From Candidatus Rifleibacteriota bacterium (GTDB lineage: Bacteria > Muiribacteriota > Ozemobacteria > Ozemobacterales > Ozemobacteraceae): DNA of 61,761 bases. Both the position numbers and the translations under genes were made by a program. The notes below the pieces were generated by a model. That model had not been told where the DNA came from. It saw only the letters and a program-made list of their open reading frames with translations, and ran no database searches. Below are positions 28,830 to 38,350 of the stretch, one piece after another; position 1 is the stretch's first letter; every line of letters begins with the position of its first letter. The stretch spans positions 1 to 61,761 of the forward strand of contig JBMOKV010000477.1 in assembly GCA_049325495.1 (NCBI GenBank), read 5' to 3'.

Positions 28830-30680
28830 TTGCAGAAAAATTCTATTGCTGCTGTTTTAATTATATTTGGAATGGTCGGCAGCAGTCTGTCGGCTTCGCT
28901 GGGAGATGCCGGCAAGCTGTTTCAGAACGGTGAAGCGGCATTCAGAAGCAATGATTTCGCCAGGGCTGCCAGCCACTTTGCTGAGGCGGTCAAGCTTGCA
29001 CCACAGGATACCCGAAGCCGATTCCGCTATGGTCAATCGCTGTTTTCGCTGAACCGCTACCAGGAGAGCATCGGTCAGTTTCAGACCGTACTCGAAGCTT
29101 CGCCCAACAATATCATTGCCCGGGTTTACCTTTCGGAAAACCTGCTCAAGCTTGGGCAGGATGATGCGGCAAAAGCCCATCTCGAATGGATATTGAAGGT
29201 TCAGCCCGGACATGTGCGGGCCGCCGAACTTTTGCAGGAAATACAGGGGCGGGGTAAGGAAGCTGTTCCAGATGGTTTCAAACCTCTGCCGGTTAAAGAA
29301 GTGAATCTCAGCAGTTCTGAGGTTGAAAAAATTGAGGCCGACCGGGGCAAAAAAGCGGAAAAAAGTAAAAAGGCCAGAGAAAAGAAATCTGGTGGCTCAT
29401 TACCCCCCGAAGCTGCCGGCGCTGACAACTGGGATGTGTCGAAATTCATTGCCGCGAACCCTGATTCTTTCATGGTAAATCTTGAGTATGGCCGCTATGC
29501 AATCGAGAAAAATGAGCTGAAAACTGCCCGAGAACGCCTTGCTAAAGCAGAAAAACTGGCAAAACAGCAGCAGGATACCCGACGTTTTCTCGAAGTACAG
29601 ATTTTGACCAGCCTGGTATATGTTTACAGCAAGGATTATCTGGCCTTTGGCAAGCATTTGATGAAGCTTAAGCCTCTTCTTTCAGAAAAGTCCTATCAGT
29701 CGTTTCTTGATATCTATAATCAGGCCCGTGAGCTGAAAAATGATGTCGAGTTGACCCGTCTGGCCGCAGGTGTGGCGATGGGAGCCGGGCATTACGCCGT
29801 GGCGGCCGGTATGCTGAAGGATGCCCTTGCGAAAAACCCGTCTGAGCCGCTGCTCGCAAGCTTGCTGGCCGAGGCGCAAATGCAGAATATGGATTACAAG
29901 GGCGCTGAAATTACCCTTTCAGACATTGCCCGCAATGATCCAAAAAACGCCGAAGCCTGGTTCAATCTGGCACGTTTTTATCTTACAGCTTTTTATCGCC
30001 CTGATATGGCGAAAAAATGTGCTGAATATTCTCGCATGCTCAAACCCGATGATCCAAGAATTTCAGTGCTGCTTGCCTTGCTTGACTATGCCGAAGGAAA
30101 AATCGAAACGGGTATAGCCAGATTGCAGCAGTTGCTTCCCCAGGTTGAAGATCAGGGTTTTCGTACAATCTGCCGGCGCATTATCGATGACGGGCAGTAT
30201 GCTGACAGTACCAGCGGTCGCCAGCGCATCGACTTTGTTGAAGTAATGGCCCTTCCCGGTGCCGAACATGCTCCCAAAAGCAGTTATCGGTTGATTGCCA
30301 CCGATTATCTCAAACGGGGATCATTCTTCTCAGCAATGCGATACTTTATGATGGCCCAGGATCTTTCTGAAGTCGGCCGCACTTATCTTGGCCTGTCTTC
30401 TGCTCTACACATCGGTGGAGACGATAAAGCAGCGTCAATAGCTGCCGGTTATGGTCTTAAGGCACTTAAAGACGAACTGGCCCGTGACCCTGAATCTTCG
30501 CGGGCCAATCTTTATCTGGCGCTGTATCACTTCGAGCGCGATGAAATGCTGCAGGCCAGCCAGGCGGTGCAGAAAGGCCTGAACGGAAATCCTGAGCGTG
30601 GCACCCGTCAGCGTCTGACTGCTCTGCTTGACACTATCAACAAGCCAGACGATTCAAGTAAAACCAATTCCACAGACTGA
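28830..30680 (+). CDS. Exported TPR-repeat protein
   Basis: Signal peptide; several TPR units (AASHFAEAVKLAPQD, FQTVLEASPNN, LEWILKVQPGH, RNDPKNAEAWFNLA). Confidence 0.85.
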   Translation: MQKNSIAAVLIIFGMVGSSLSASLGDAGKLFQNGEAAFRSNDFARAASHFAEAVKLAPQDTRSRFRYGQSLFSLNRYQESIGQFQTVLEASPNNIIARVYLSENLLKLGQDDAAKAHLEWILKVQPGHVRAAELLQEIQGRGKEAVPDGFKPLPVKEVNLSSSEVEKIEADRGKKAEKSKKAREKKSGGSLPPEAAGADNWDVSKFIAANPDSFMVNLEYGRYAIEKNELKTARERLAKAEKLAKQQQDTRRFLEVQILTSLVYVYSKDYLAFGKHLMKLKPLLSEKSYQSFLDIYNQARELKNDVELTRLAAGVAMGAGHYAVAAGMLKDALAKNPSEPLLASLLAEAQMQNMDYKGAEITLSDIARNDPKNAEAWFNLARFYLTAFYRPDMAKKCAEYSRMLKPDDPRISVLLALLDYAEGKIETGIARLQQLLPQVEDQGFRTICRRIIDDGQYADSTSGRQRIDFVEVMALPGAEHAPKSSYRLIATDYLKRGSFFSAMRYFMMAQDLSEVGRTYLGLSSALHIGGDDKAASIAAGYGLKALKDELARDPESSRANLYLALYHFERDEMLQASQAVQKGLNGNPERGTRQRLTALLDTINKPDDSSKTNSTD

Positions 30681-30754
30681 TATGCCCGATGCTGGCAGGC
30701 CTGAGTTTTTCAGCTGTCTGTGTGGCGCTGCAATACAACGTTATGGTTCTGTAC

Positions 30755-30806
30755 AAAAATGCAACTCGTAAATGGGTTGCATTTTTCTATGGTTTCTCAT
30801 TATAAT
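30755..30806 (+). terminator. Hairpin terminator after the TPR gene, overlapping a sigma70 promoter for the cheY-like gene
   Basis: AAAAATGCAACTC-GTAAAT-GGGTTGCATTTTT (30755-30786); TTGCAT (30777-30782)-N18-TATAAT (30801-30806). Confidence 0.55.
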
Positions 30807-30847
30807 CTGCAGTTAAGATTCCAGAATTTCCGGAGGATTCCAAAATA

Positions 30848-31234
30848 ATGGCCAAAACAATACTTGTGGCTGAAGACTCCTTGATGTTGCGAAAGGTCGC
30901 CTGTTTCCCGCTTGAAAAAGCAGGTTACAAGGTTCTCGAAGCCAACAACGGCATCGAAGCGATCGAAGCCATGTCAAAGAATGAAGTCGACATAATCATC
31001 ACTGACCTGAATATGCCTGGTATGGACGGTTTTGAATTGATCACCCAGGTCAAGGAAAACGAAAAATTCAAGCATATTCCCATTATTATTCTTACTACAG
31101 AAGGCAAGAAAGAAATGGTAATGAAGGGTCTGACCCTTGGCGCCAATTCGTTTCTGCAGAAGCCGATCAAGCCTGATCTGATGTTACAGGAAGTTGACAG
31201 ACTTCTGAGCAAAGCATCAGGGAAAGGAAGCTGA
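30848..31234 (+). CDS. Single-domain response regulator (CheY-like)
   Basis: ILVAEDS, IITDLNMPGMDG, LTTEG, FLQKP; all phosphorylation-site residues intact. Confidence 0.95.
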   Translation: MAKTILVAEDSLMLRKVACFPLEKAGYKVLEANNGIEAIEAMSKNEVDIIITDLNMPGMDGFELITQVKENEKFKHIPIIILTTEGKKEMVMKGLTLGANSFLQKPIKPDLMLQEVDRLLSKASGKGS

Positions 31235-31236
31235 TT

Positions 31237-34200
31237 ATGGCAAGTTCAGCAGTATTACTCGAGCAGTTGAAAAATTCCGATCCTGGTTTGCGTCGCAAGG
31301 CAGTTCGCGAACTGGTCAATTTTGCTGACAGCAAAGAAGTTGTAGAAGCTTTGTGTGATGCTCTTGGCGATCCCAACAAGGGCGTTCAGAATATCACCAT
31401 CGAAATTCTCTCTCAGATGCTGCATGAAAACGTGGTACATGGCCTGATTCCGGTCGTTCGCAGTTCGGATTTGAATACCCGCAACGCCGGCATGACCATT
31501 CTGCGCAATCTTGGCCCGATGGCTATTCCGCCACTGGTTAAGGCAATCAATGCGTCAACCGATGTTGATGAAACCATCCAGATTCTCGTCATTCTTGGCG
31601 ATATTCGCTCTCCTCTTGCAACCGAAACCATTGTCAAATTCATCGATCACGAAGACGACAACGTCAAAACCACCGCGGTTGAATCACTTGGCAAAGTTCA
31701 AGACCCGACCGCCATCGATCGACTGATCGAAACCTATAAAAACACCGATATTCTCAAATATTCAATTGTTGAAGCTTTGGGCAACATTGCCATAGACAAG
31801 GCTATGCCGATTCTTCTCGGCTCTCTGGAATCTGAAGATATTCTTGAATATTTCACTGGAATAGGTGCTCTTGGCTCAATGGAAAGCGTTGAAGGCATCA
31901 ATCCTCTTTTCAATAAGCTGGTAAAAGAAGAAGACAGTGGCACCCGCCGCCTGATTTTCAAATCTCTTGCCCAGATCGAAGACGCTAACCCCGGTTCGCT
32001 GGCCAACCTCGACAAAGGCACTCTGCGCCCGATTCTGCTTGCTCTGATGGAAAACCAGGATGCTGCGGAATTCAGGTATATGGTAAAAGTCGCTGCTTCA
32101 GTGGGCGATGATTCTTATGCCGGTTCTTTGATCAACGCAATGCAGGTCAACGAACCTGAAATCGTTGACATCGCTTTTGCCGGTGTTAAGGTTCTGGGCC
32201 GCAAAGCGGTCAAAGCTGCCCTCGAAAAAGTCGGTAGAGTTGAACCGCCGGTAGCAGCCATGCTGCTCGATTTCCTGGCCGCCAATCCCAGCCCTGAAGT
32301 CCCCGGGGCTGTATCATTATTTGCAAATAACCCGGATGATGGGCTGAGACAGTCATTAGCCCGCACCCTTGGTGCCAACCCGTCCGATGTTTCCTTTGCC
32401 ACTTTGAAGGAAATGCTTAACGATGCCGATGAAATGGTGCGCAAGTTCTCGGTCATGAGCATTGCCAAGATGCTTGATTATGACGGAGCTTTGACAGCTT
32501 TGATCAACAAGCTCAAGGATATCAACGGTCACGTCAGAAGAGAAGCGGCCTTGACCCTTGGAAAATCATCTTCGAGCCAGGTCGTTGAACCTCTGTTCAA
32601 TGTAATCATCACTGAACCCTACGGTGACGTTCGTGAAGCCGCGGCATCAGTGCTTGCCGGCCGCAAAGACCCAGAAATTACCAAACGTCTGCTTGAATTG
32701 CTCGACAGCGACAATTCACGCATTCGCGAAACCGTTTCCCGCACCATCTGGCAGTGTGGTTCGACTCTTGCCGTCGATTCCCTGATTCAGAAGCTTTCTG
32801 ATAAAGAATGGCGCGTGGTGGTCAATTCATGTAAATCTCTCGAAAACATGAAAGATCTCAAATCGATCTTTCCGTTGAAAGAACTCCTCAAGAACAGTGA
32901 CTGGCAGATTCGCATCGCAGCCCTCTCTGCATTGCGTGCTTTCAAGAGCAAAGAACTGAAACAGTTCTTTGTGCCGTTGCTTGCCGATGAAAATTCTCAG
33001 GTAGCAAAACTCGCTGTGGTTGCTTTGAGTGAGCTGGGTGATAAATCACTCGATCACGATTTCCAGAAGTATCTCAATCACAACCGCTGGGAAGTCAGAT
33101 ATCAGATTGTTAAAGCCCTGGGCACCATTAAAAGCCTTTCAAGCGTTAACACCCTGGTTAAGCTGGCCGAAAAGGATGAAAATCCCGCAGTTCGTTCGAG
33201 AGCGATTCTGGCTCTCGCCAAAATCGGCGAAAAGAGCGCCTGTGAAACAATTTTCAAGGTTCTTGATCACGCCGACCGCAATCTGGTGGTTGCCGCAATC
33301 AAATTTTTCTGTCAGTCTGGTTTAACTGATCACCCGGGTCTTGAAGTGAAGCTCAAAGATATTTTCCTGAAAAACAACTGGATCAGGAATTATTTTATCC
33401 AGACCTTCGCCCAGAACAAATCCGATTTCCTGGAAAAGGTGCTCGGCTCGGTAATCTCACCGCGTCAGGCCCGCTATATTGCCAGACTGAAAACTCAGAC
33501 CGGTGAAGAAAAAGGCGTCAATACAGAAGAAGCTCTGCTGCTTCATGATATCATTGCCGATCTGTGCGGCATTGAACTCTCTGACAAAAAAGTTCTTGAA
33601 CAGAAGCTTGGCAGAAATCTCGGCCGATTTTTCATCACATCCTGGATCGAATATTATCACGCTCTCAGATATGGTGCTGAAGAAGGCGATGAGCTGCTGG
33701 TAAGCCTGTATGATTCGATTACCAACCCTGCAACTGAGTTCTTCGGTGAAAGTGAGCAGAGTAAAGTTCTGGTCAATACTATCATTCCAAACATTATCGA
33801 AGATCGCGGCAAAGAAGGCGTCGATGAAATCAAGATTCTGTGCATTGGCACTTCATTCGGACCAGAAGCTTATTCAATCGCGATGAATGTACTTGAAGAC
33901 GTTCACTCTGACAAGGCAAGAATCAAAGTAAACGGCATCGATATTTCACATATCTGTTTGAATACTGCCAAACGCGGAATCTACAAGCGAGAAATGTTCA
34001 GACAGGTCGATCAGAAGTATATCGATCTGTATTTCGAAGATGACCGTGGTGATTTGCGGGTAAAAGACCAGGTCAAGAACCTGGTTGAATTCAAATATAC
34101 CAACAGCGTCAATTCAGAAGCCATGGATCAGCTTGGAGAATTCGATGTGGTGATTTGCCGCAACCTGTTTGGTGACTTCAATCAGAAAGGCCGCGAAAGA

Positions 34201-34335
34201 ATGGCTGAGAATATTTACAATATTCTCGTTCCTGGCGGTGTGCTGCTGATTGCCGGCAGAGAAACCCTGTATAATGTTACCAAAGCTTTCAGACTGCAGA
34301 CCTTTGACAAGGTCGTTGCCTACCGTAAGCTTTAA
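31237..34335 (+). CDS. HEAT-repeat protein fused to a degenerate CheR-type methyltransferase
   Basis: About 740 aa of HEAT/PBS-lyase repeats (VKTTAVESLG, VRREAALTLG, VRYQIVKALG), then CheR N-domain and SAM fold (GPEAYSIAM, GIDIS, GIY, FDVVICRN, LVPGG). Confidence 0.88.
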   Translation: MASSAVLLEQLKNSDPGLRRKAVRELVNFADSKEVVEALCDALGDPNKGVQNITIEILSQMLHENVVHGLIPVVRSSDLNTRNAGMTILRNLGPMAIPPLVKAINASTDVDETIQILVILGDIRSPLATETIVKFIDHEDDNVKTTAVESLGKVQDPTAIDRLIETYKNTDILKYSIVEALGNIAIDKAMPILLGSLESEDILEYFTGIGALGSMESVEGINPLFNKLVKEEDSGTRRLIFKSLAQIEDANPGSLANLDKGTLRPILLALMENQDAAEFRYMVKVAASVGDDSYAGSLINAMQVNEPEIVDIAFAGVKVLGRKAVKAALEKVGRVEPPVAAMLLDFLAANPSPEVPGAVSLFANNPDDGLRQSLARTLGANPSDVSFATLKEMLNDADEMVRKFSVMSIAKMLDYDGALTALINKLKDINGHVRREAALTLGKSSSSQVVEPLFNVIITEPYGDVREAAASVLAGRKDPEITKRLLELLDSDNSRIRETVSRTIWQCGSTLAVDSLIQKLSDKEWRVVVNSCKSLENMKDLKSIFPLKELLKNSDWQIRIAALSALRAFKSKELKQFFVPLLADENSQVAKLAVVALSELGDKSLDHDFQKYLNHNRWEVRYQIVKALGTIKSLSSVNTLVKLAEKDENPAVRSRAILALAKIGEKSACETIFKVLDHADRNLVVAAIKFFCQSGLTDHPGLEVKLKDIFLKNNWIRNYFIQTFAQNKSDFLEKVLGSVISPRQARYIARLKTQTGEEKGVNTEEALLLHDIIADLCGIELSDKKVLEQKLGRNLGRFFITSWIEYYHALRYGAEEGDELLVSLYDSITNPATEFFGESEQSKVLVNTIIPNIIEDRGKEGVDEIKILCIGTSFGPEAYSIAMNVLEDVHSDKARIKVNGIDISHICLNTAKRGIYKREMFRQVDQKYIDLYFEDDRGDLRVKDQVKNLVEFKYTNSVNSEAMDQLGEFDVVICRNLFGDFNQKGRERMAENIYNILVPGGVLLIAGRETLYNVTKAFRLQTFDKVVAYRKL

Positions 34336-34355
34336 AATTCAGTTAGAACAAGAGT

Positions 34356-34389
34356 CTGCCCGGTTTAATCACCGGGCAGCTTTTTTTTT
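34356..34389 (+). terminator. Rho-independent terminator
   Basis: CTGCCCGGT-TTAATC-ACCGGGCAG-C-T9. Confidence 0.9.
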
Positions 34390-34456
34390 GACGGGGTTCT
34401 AATTGGGCGATAAATCTGGTACTATTGTGCACAACAAATATCTGTGGAGAAAGAAT

Positions 34457-35908
34457 ATGCACCGGAATCTCGGGTTTTGTTTCAGTCTGCTGTTGGTCAG
34501 TGTCGTTTTAACCATGGTCGGGTGCTTTGGCGGTAGTGACAATAATGCCGGGCCGGTTGTGCCCGTTGAACTGATTACCCTGAATGGTACTTTGACGGCT
34601 CCAGGTCAGCTCGAATCTTCGCTGCTGGGAAACCTGCTGCAGAATACCGACAGCCAGGTGCGCAATGCCTTTCAAAAAGGGCTGGTCACTGTTAATGGCG
34701 TGCCCAATGCACTTTTTTCGCTGAGCCCCCTTTCTTCAAATCCTGAATGGCAGCTTAGAATTCCAGGGGTTGCAAAAGCAGCTGATGGAAAATATCGTAT
34801 CGAAGTACTGGTCGGCAAGATCAATATGCGATCGATGGTTGAGCCTGGCGAAATCAACAGTTTCAAAATCAATCCCGAAACTACCGCTGCTCTGCTTCTT
34901 GCAGATGCAACCGGCCGCAGCACTTCTGAGCTGCTGGCATCTTTCCCTTCTTTCATCAGTACTGTCGAGAATTCGTTTCTCGATATGTGCAAACTTGAAT
35001 CGGACAAGCTTATTGGGGTTGTGGTTCAGTCGGCGACCCTGACAAAAGTTATTCAGGATCAGAAAGCTTTTTTCAATGAACTTGGCAATGTCAGCGCCAC
35101 GGGAAAACTGGCTTATCTGCAGCTAAGTAATGATCTTGACGGCGATGGAACTGAGGATGTCAGGATCGTGCCGAACATCGAAAACAATCGTATCAGATTT
35201 CTTACCGCCCTCTCAAGCTACACATCGATTTTGACCGATATCGCCAGTCTTTCAGCATATTCAAATGAACGTTTGATTCAAGATTTCAAGGATAATCTGA
35301 CCAGTGATTCACGCTTTTTTGCCAGTGATGCTGCCAATTTCTCTTTGGGTCTCTATTTTAAAAAATCAGCGGCTGCCGATATTTACCTGAAACTGTTCAT
35401 TCGTCGCATTGACCTGGCTAATGGCGTTTTCAAAGGGGCTGTAGTTGAATATGAATTCGTTACCACTACCACCACAGCAATTGTCAGCGGAACAAAAACT
35501 CTGCTTCTGCAGGGAGCCAATGCGGTAGAAGGAGCAGTGGCCGCAACCAATTTCGTTACCGATGCCGAACCGGGCCCCTATGTTCTTACATTTGTCAATG
35601 CCGATGCTGGTCTTGGCTGTAGCAGTGGGGATACCAGACTGGTTCGTTCGATCGACGGAAAGCCTGAGCTTATCAACCTTTCCTATGCTGAACGCTATCT
35701 CGATGGTGGTGGGAACTATCACATTACAACCAGAGATGCTTTAAAAGCCATTTACAAAGATCGCGGCATCGAAGTTGGCGATGTGTTCAGCGCATATTTT
35801 CCCAAAACGAAAAATTATGCGATTTTTAAAATTAAAACGATTAATGCAACTTCTATTACCGTCGACTATATTGTCAATACCGCCGAGAATGAAGCAAGAT
35901 TCAAATAA
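34457..35908 (+). CDS. Hypothetical lipoprotein
   Basis: ATG at 34457 gives MHRNLGFCFSLLLVSVVLTMVG-C lipobox-like signal followed by a G/S/N linker; beta-rich; the ORF track starts at 34403. Confidence 0.7.
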   Translation: MHRNLGFCFSLLLVSVVLTMVGCFGGSDNNAGPVVPVELITLNGTLTAPGQLESSLLGNLLQNTDSQVRNAFQKGLVTVNGVPNALFSLSPLSSNPEWQLRIPGVAKAADGKYRIEVLVGKINMRSMVEPGEINSFKINPETTAALLLADATGRSTSELLASFPSFISTVENSFLDMCKLESDKLIGVVVQSATLTKVIQDQKAFFNELGNVSATGKLAYLQLSNDLDGDGTEDVRIVPNIENNRIRFLTALSSYTSILTDIASLSAYSNERLIQDFKDNLTSDSRFFASDAANFSLGLYFKKSAAADIYLKLFIRRIDLANGVFKGAVVEYEFVTTTTTAIVSGTKTLLLQGANAVEGAVAATNFVTDAEPGPYVLTFVNADAGLGCSSGDTRLVRSIDGKPELINLSYAERYLDGGGNYHITTRDALKAIYKDRGIEVGDVFSAYFPKTKNYAIFKIKTINATSITVDYIVNTAENEARFK

Positions 35909-35919
35909 AGATTCAGTAG

Positions 35920-36897
35920 ATGCGTAAGGCCGAGTTTTTTCAAAAACAGGAAGATGGCAGCGTAAAATGTTTGCTCTGCCCGAATTTCTGTATCATCAAA
36001 GAAGGTGAAAATGGTCGCTGCCTCAGTCGTGGCGTGCGCGGCGGTGAAATGCGGCTGCTCAATTACGCGGTCGTTGTTGCTGAAAACCTTGATCCCATAG
36101 AAAAAAAGCCGCTTTATCATTATTATCCCGGCGGTATGATTTTTTCAATCGGTTCTTATGGCTGCAATCTCAAATGCCGGTTCTGCCAGAATTCAGATAT
36201 TTCCCAATTCGAGCAGCCAGGAAAAATGATTTTGCCAGATAAGCTTGTACAGCGGGCCTTCCATCAGGCGGGCAATCTGGGTGTTGCATTCACTTACAAT
36301 GAGCCGGGAATCTGGTATGAATACCTTCTTGATTGCATCGATCTGTTGAAAAAGTCAGGATTGAAAGCCGTTCTGGTCACTAACGGCTATCTCTGCAACG
36401 AACCTTTCAGCCGTCTTTGCGAAGTTTCCGATGCAATGAACATTGATCTTAAGGCATTTTCCCCGTCTTTTTATAAAAACGTCTGCCAGGGTGACCTTGA
36501 AACGGTTAAGCGCAATATTACCACCGCCGTTCGGTCGAAAACTCATGTTGAACTGACCAATCTTGTGGTAACCGGTCTAAATGATGATGAAAACGAGTTT
36601 CGCCGGCTGGTTGAATGGGTCGCTCAACTGTCAGACGAAATACCTCTGCATATTTCCAGATATTTTCCCCGCTATCTGGAAACCGCTCAGGCAACTGACC
36701 CGCAAACCATTGCCCGTTTTGTGGAAATTGCGCAGGAAAAATTGAAATATGTTTATGCCGGAAATATCGGGTTTTCTCAAAATACCATTTGTCCTGCCTG
36801 CAAGAAAACTTTGATTGAAAGAACCGGTTATCATACCAGAGTTTTGTTTTCCTGGGGAAAATGCTCGTGCGGACAAGAATTGCCAATAATCATTTGA
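35920..36897 (+). CDS. amrS: AmmeMemoRadiSam system radical SAM enzyme
   Basis: N-terminal CLLCPNFC...C..R, DPIEKKPLYHYYPG, GCNLKCRFCQN, AFTYNEP, NIDLKAF, LHISRYFP, C-terminal TICPAC. Confidence 0.93.
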   Translation: MRKAEFFQKQEDGSVKCLLCPNFCIIKEGENGRCLSRGVRGGEMRLLNYAVVVAENLDPIEKKPLYHYYPGGMIFSIGSYGCNLKCRFCQNSDISQFEQPGKMILPDKLVQRAFHQAGNLGVAFTYNEPGIWYEYLLDCIDLLKKSGLKAVLVTNGYLCNEPFSRLCEVSDAMNIDLKAFSPSFYKNVCQGDLETVKRNITTAVRSKTHVELTNLVVTGLNDDENEFRRLVEWVAQLSDEIPLHISRYFPRYLETAQATDPQTIARFVEIAQEKLKYVYAGNIGFSQNTICPACKKTLIERTGYHTRVLFSWGKCSCGQELPIII

Positions 36898-37394
36898 AAT
36901 CAGGTGAAACTTTGAACGACAATCTGGAAAAAAATGCAACCAAACGGGAGTTTGACTGGGGCCCACCAGGAAACAGTACTTTTGAATCTTTCAAAGAATG
37001 GCTGGTTTATCTTTTGCTGTTTGCCTTGCTGTTGCTTGCAGCCTGGTTCTTTCTCGATATCGGTCAGCGAACCACGGTTAAAGTTGACCATAGCCCGGTA
37101 AAAACCGTTTCAGGCGATAAGCTGCCACCCGCAGTAGATAAACCGCTCCCTCCACCGGTTCAGTTTAAAAAATTCATGGTTCAGCTTGGAGCCTTTGCCG
37201 AGCGAAAAAGTGCGGAAGAAGCCATTGAGGCTTTGAAAGGTCATGGTTTTTCGCCGGTTTTGTCAGAACCAGATTCGGAATTTGAGATTTACCGGGTTGC
37301 AGTTGGGCCTTTCAATACCGAGTCAGAAGCTGAAAGAACCGTAGAAAAATTGAATTCGTTAGAATTCCACTCTTTTGTGGTAGAATCAGACTGA
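36861..37394 (+). CDS. SPOR domain membrane protein (start uncertain)
   Basis: One TM, Pro-rich linker, FMVQLGAF...YRVAVGPF SPOR motifs. Confidence 0.88.
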   Translation: MLVRTRIANNHLKSGETLNDNLEKNATKREFDWGPPGNSTFESFKEWLVYLLLFALLLLAAWFFLDIGQRTTVKVDHSPVKTVSGDKLPPAVDKPLPPPVQFKKFMVQLGAFAERKSAEEAIEALKGHGFSPVLSEPDSEFEIYRVAVGPFNTESEAERTVEKLNSLEFHSFVVESD

Positions 37395-37420
37395 TAAATT
37401 CCCGGGGGGAGGGCAAGACT

Positions 37421-38350
37421 TTGGCTATCAAAAGTTCAAAGGAAACCACAGCGTCAGCTGCCTTTCTGGCACCTTTCATGCTGTTGTTCGTGGTATTCCT
37501 GATTTTCCCGATTTTTTATTCGTTTTATCTGAGCTTCTTTGGCTCACCTACCGATTACAGTCTGACCAATCTTGAATTTGTCGGTCTGCAGAACTACAAG
37601 AAAATTTTTACCGATTTTCAGTTCTGGTGGTCGCTTATGGTCACGGCTTTTTATGGAGTGATTGCCATTCCGTCGGGTATCGCTGCTTCTCTTGCTCTGG
37701 CCATGCTGTTGCATAACAAGCTGTTCGGAAAAAGCTTTTTTCGCAGCGCTTTCTTTCTCCCCAATGTTCTTGACATGCTGGTTGTCGGGGTTATCTGGAC
37801 GTTGATCTATGCCCCGAAATTTGGGGCCCTGGCCCAGATTACCACTTTTTTCTTTTCCGAAGACAATTTTTTCAATACCACCGGTCTTCTCGGACACCCG
37901 CTGACCGCACTGCCGGCCGTGGTGCTGGCAATGGTTCTCAAAGGCGCGGGGTTCGGTATGGTACTGTTTCTGGCAGCTCTGCAGAATATTCCCGAAACAG
38001 TTTATGAAGCAGCCGATATCGATGGTGCCAACGAATGGCAGAAATTCTGGAAGATCACGGTGCCGTTGCTGCAGCCGATCATCGTTTTTATGTGTATCAC
38101 CGGTGTGATCGGTGCTTTGAATGCCTTCACCGAAATTTATGCAATGACTTCAGGCGGCCCGCAGCAGGTCGTCATGGGCGAAACGGTTGGTTCGACCTCG
38201 GTGGCCGGTTATTATCTTTACAAACAGTTCGAGTCGGGTAATTACGGCTATGCCGCTGCGATTTCTTATATGCTTCTGATTATTACCCTCGGCATCACCT
38301 GGCTGCAACAGAGAATTGCCGAGCGCAAAGCCCCGGGAGGTGCCAAATGA
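37421..38350 (+). CDS. Carbohydrate ABC transporter permease 1
   Basis: FVGLQNY, FFLPNV, LQNIPETVYEAADIDGANEWQKFWKITVPLL EAA motif. Confidence 0.95.
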   Translation: MAIKSSKETTASAAFLAPFMLLFVVFLIFPIFYSFYLSFFGSPTDYSLTNLEFVGLQNYKKIFTDFQFWWSLMVTAFYGVIAIPSGIAASLALAMLLHNKLFGKSFFRSAFFLPNVLDMLVVGVIWTLIYAPKFGALAQITTFFFSEDNFFNTTGLLGHPLTALPAVVLAMVLKGAGFGMVLFLAALQNIPETVYEAADIDGANEWQKFWKITVPLLQPIIVFMCITGVIGALNAFTEIYAMTSGGPQQVVMGETVGSTSVAGYYLYKQFESGNYGYAAAISYMLLIITLGITWLQQRIAERKAPGGAK

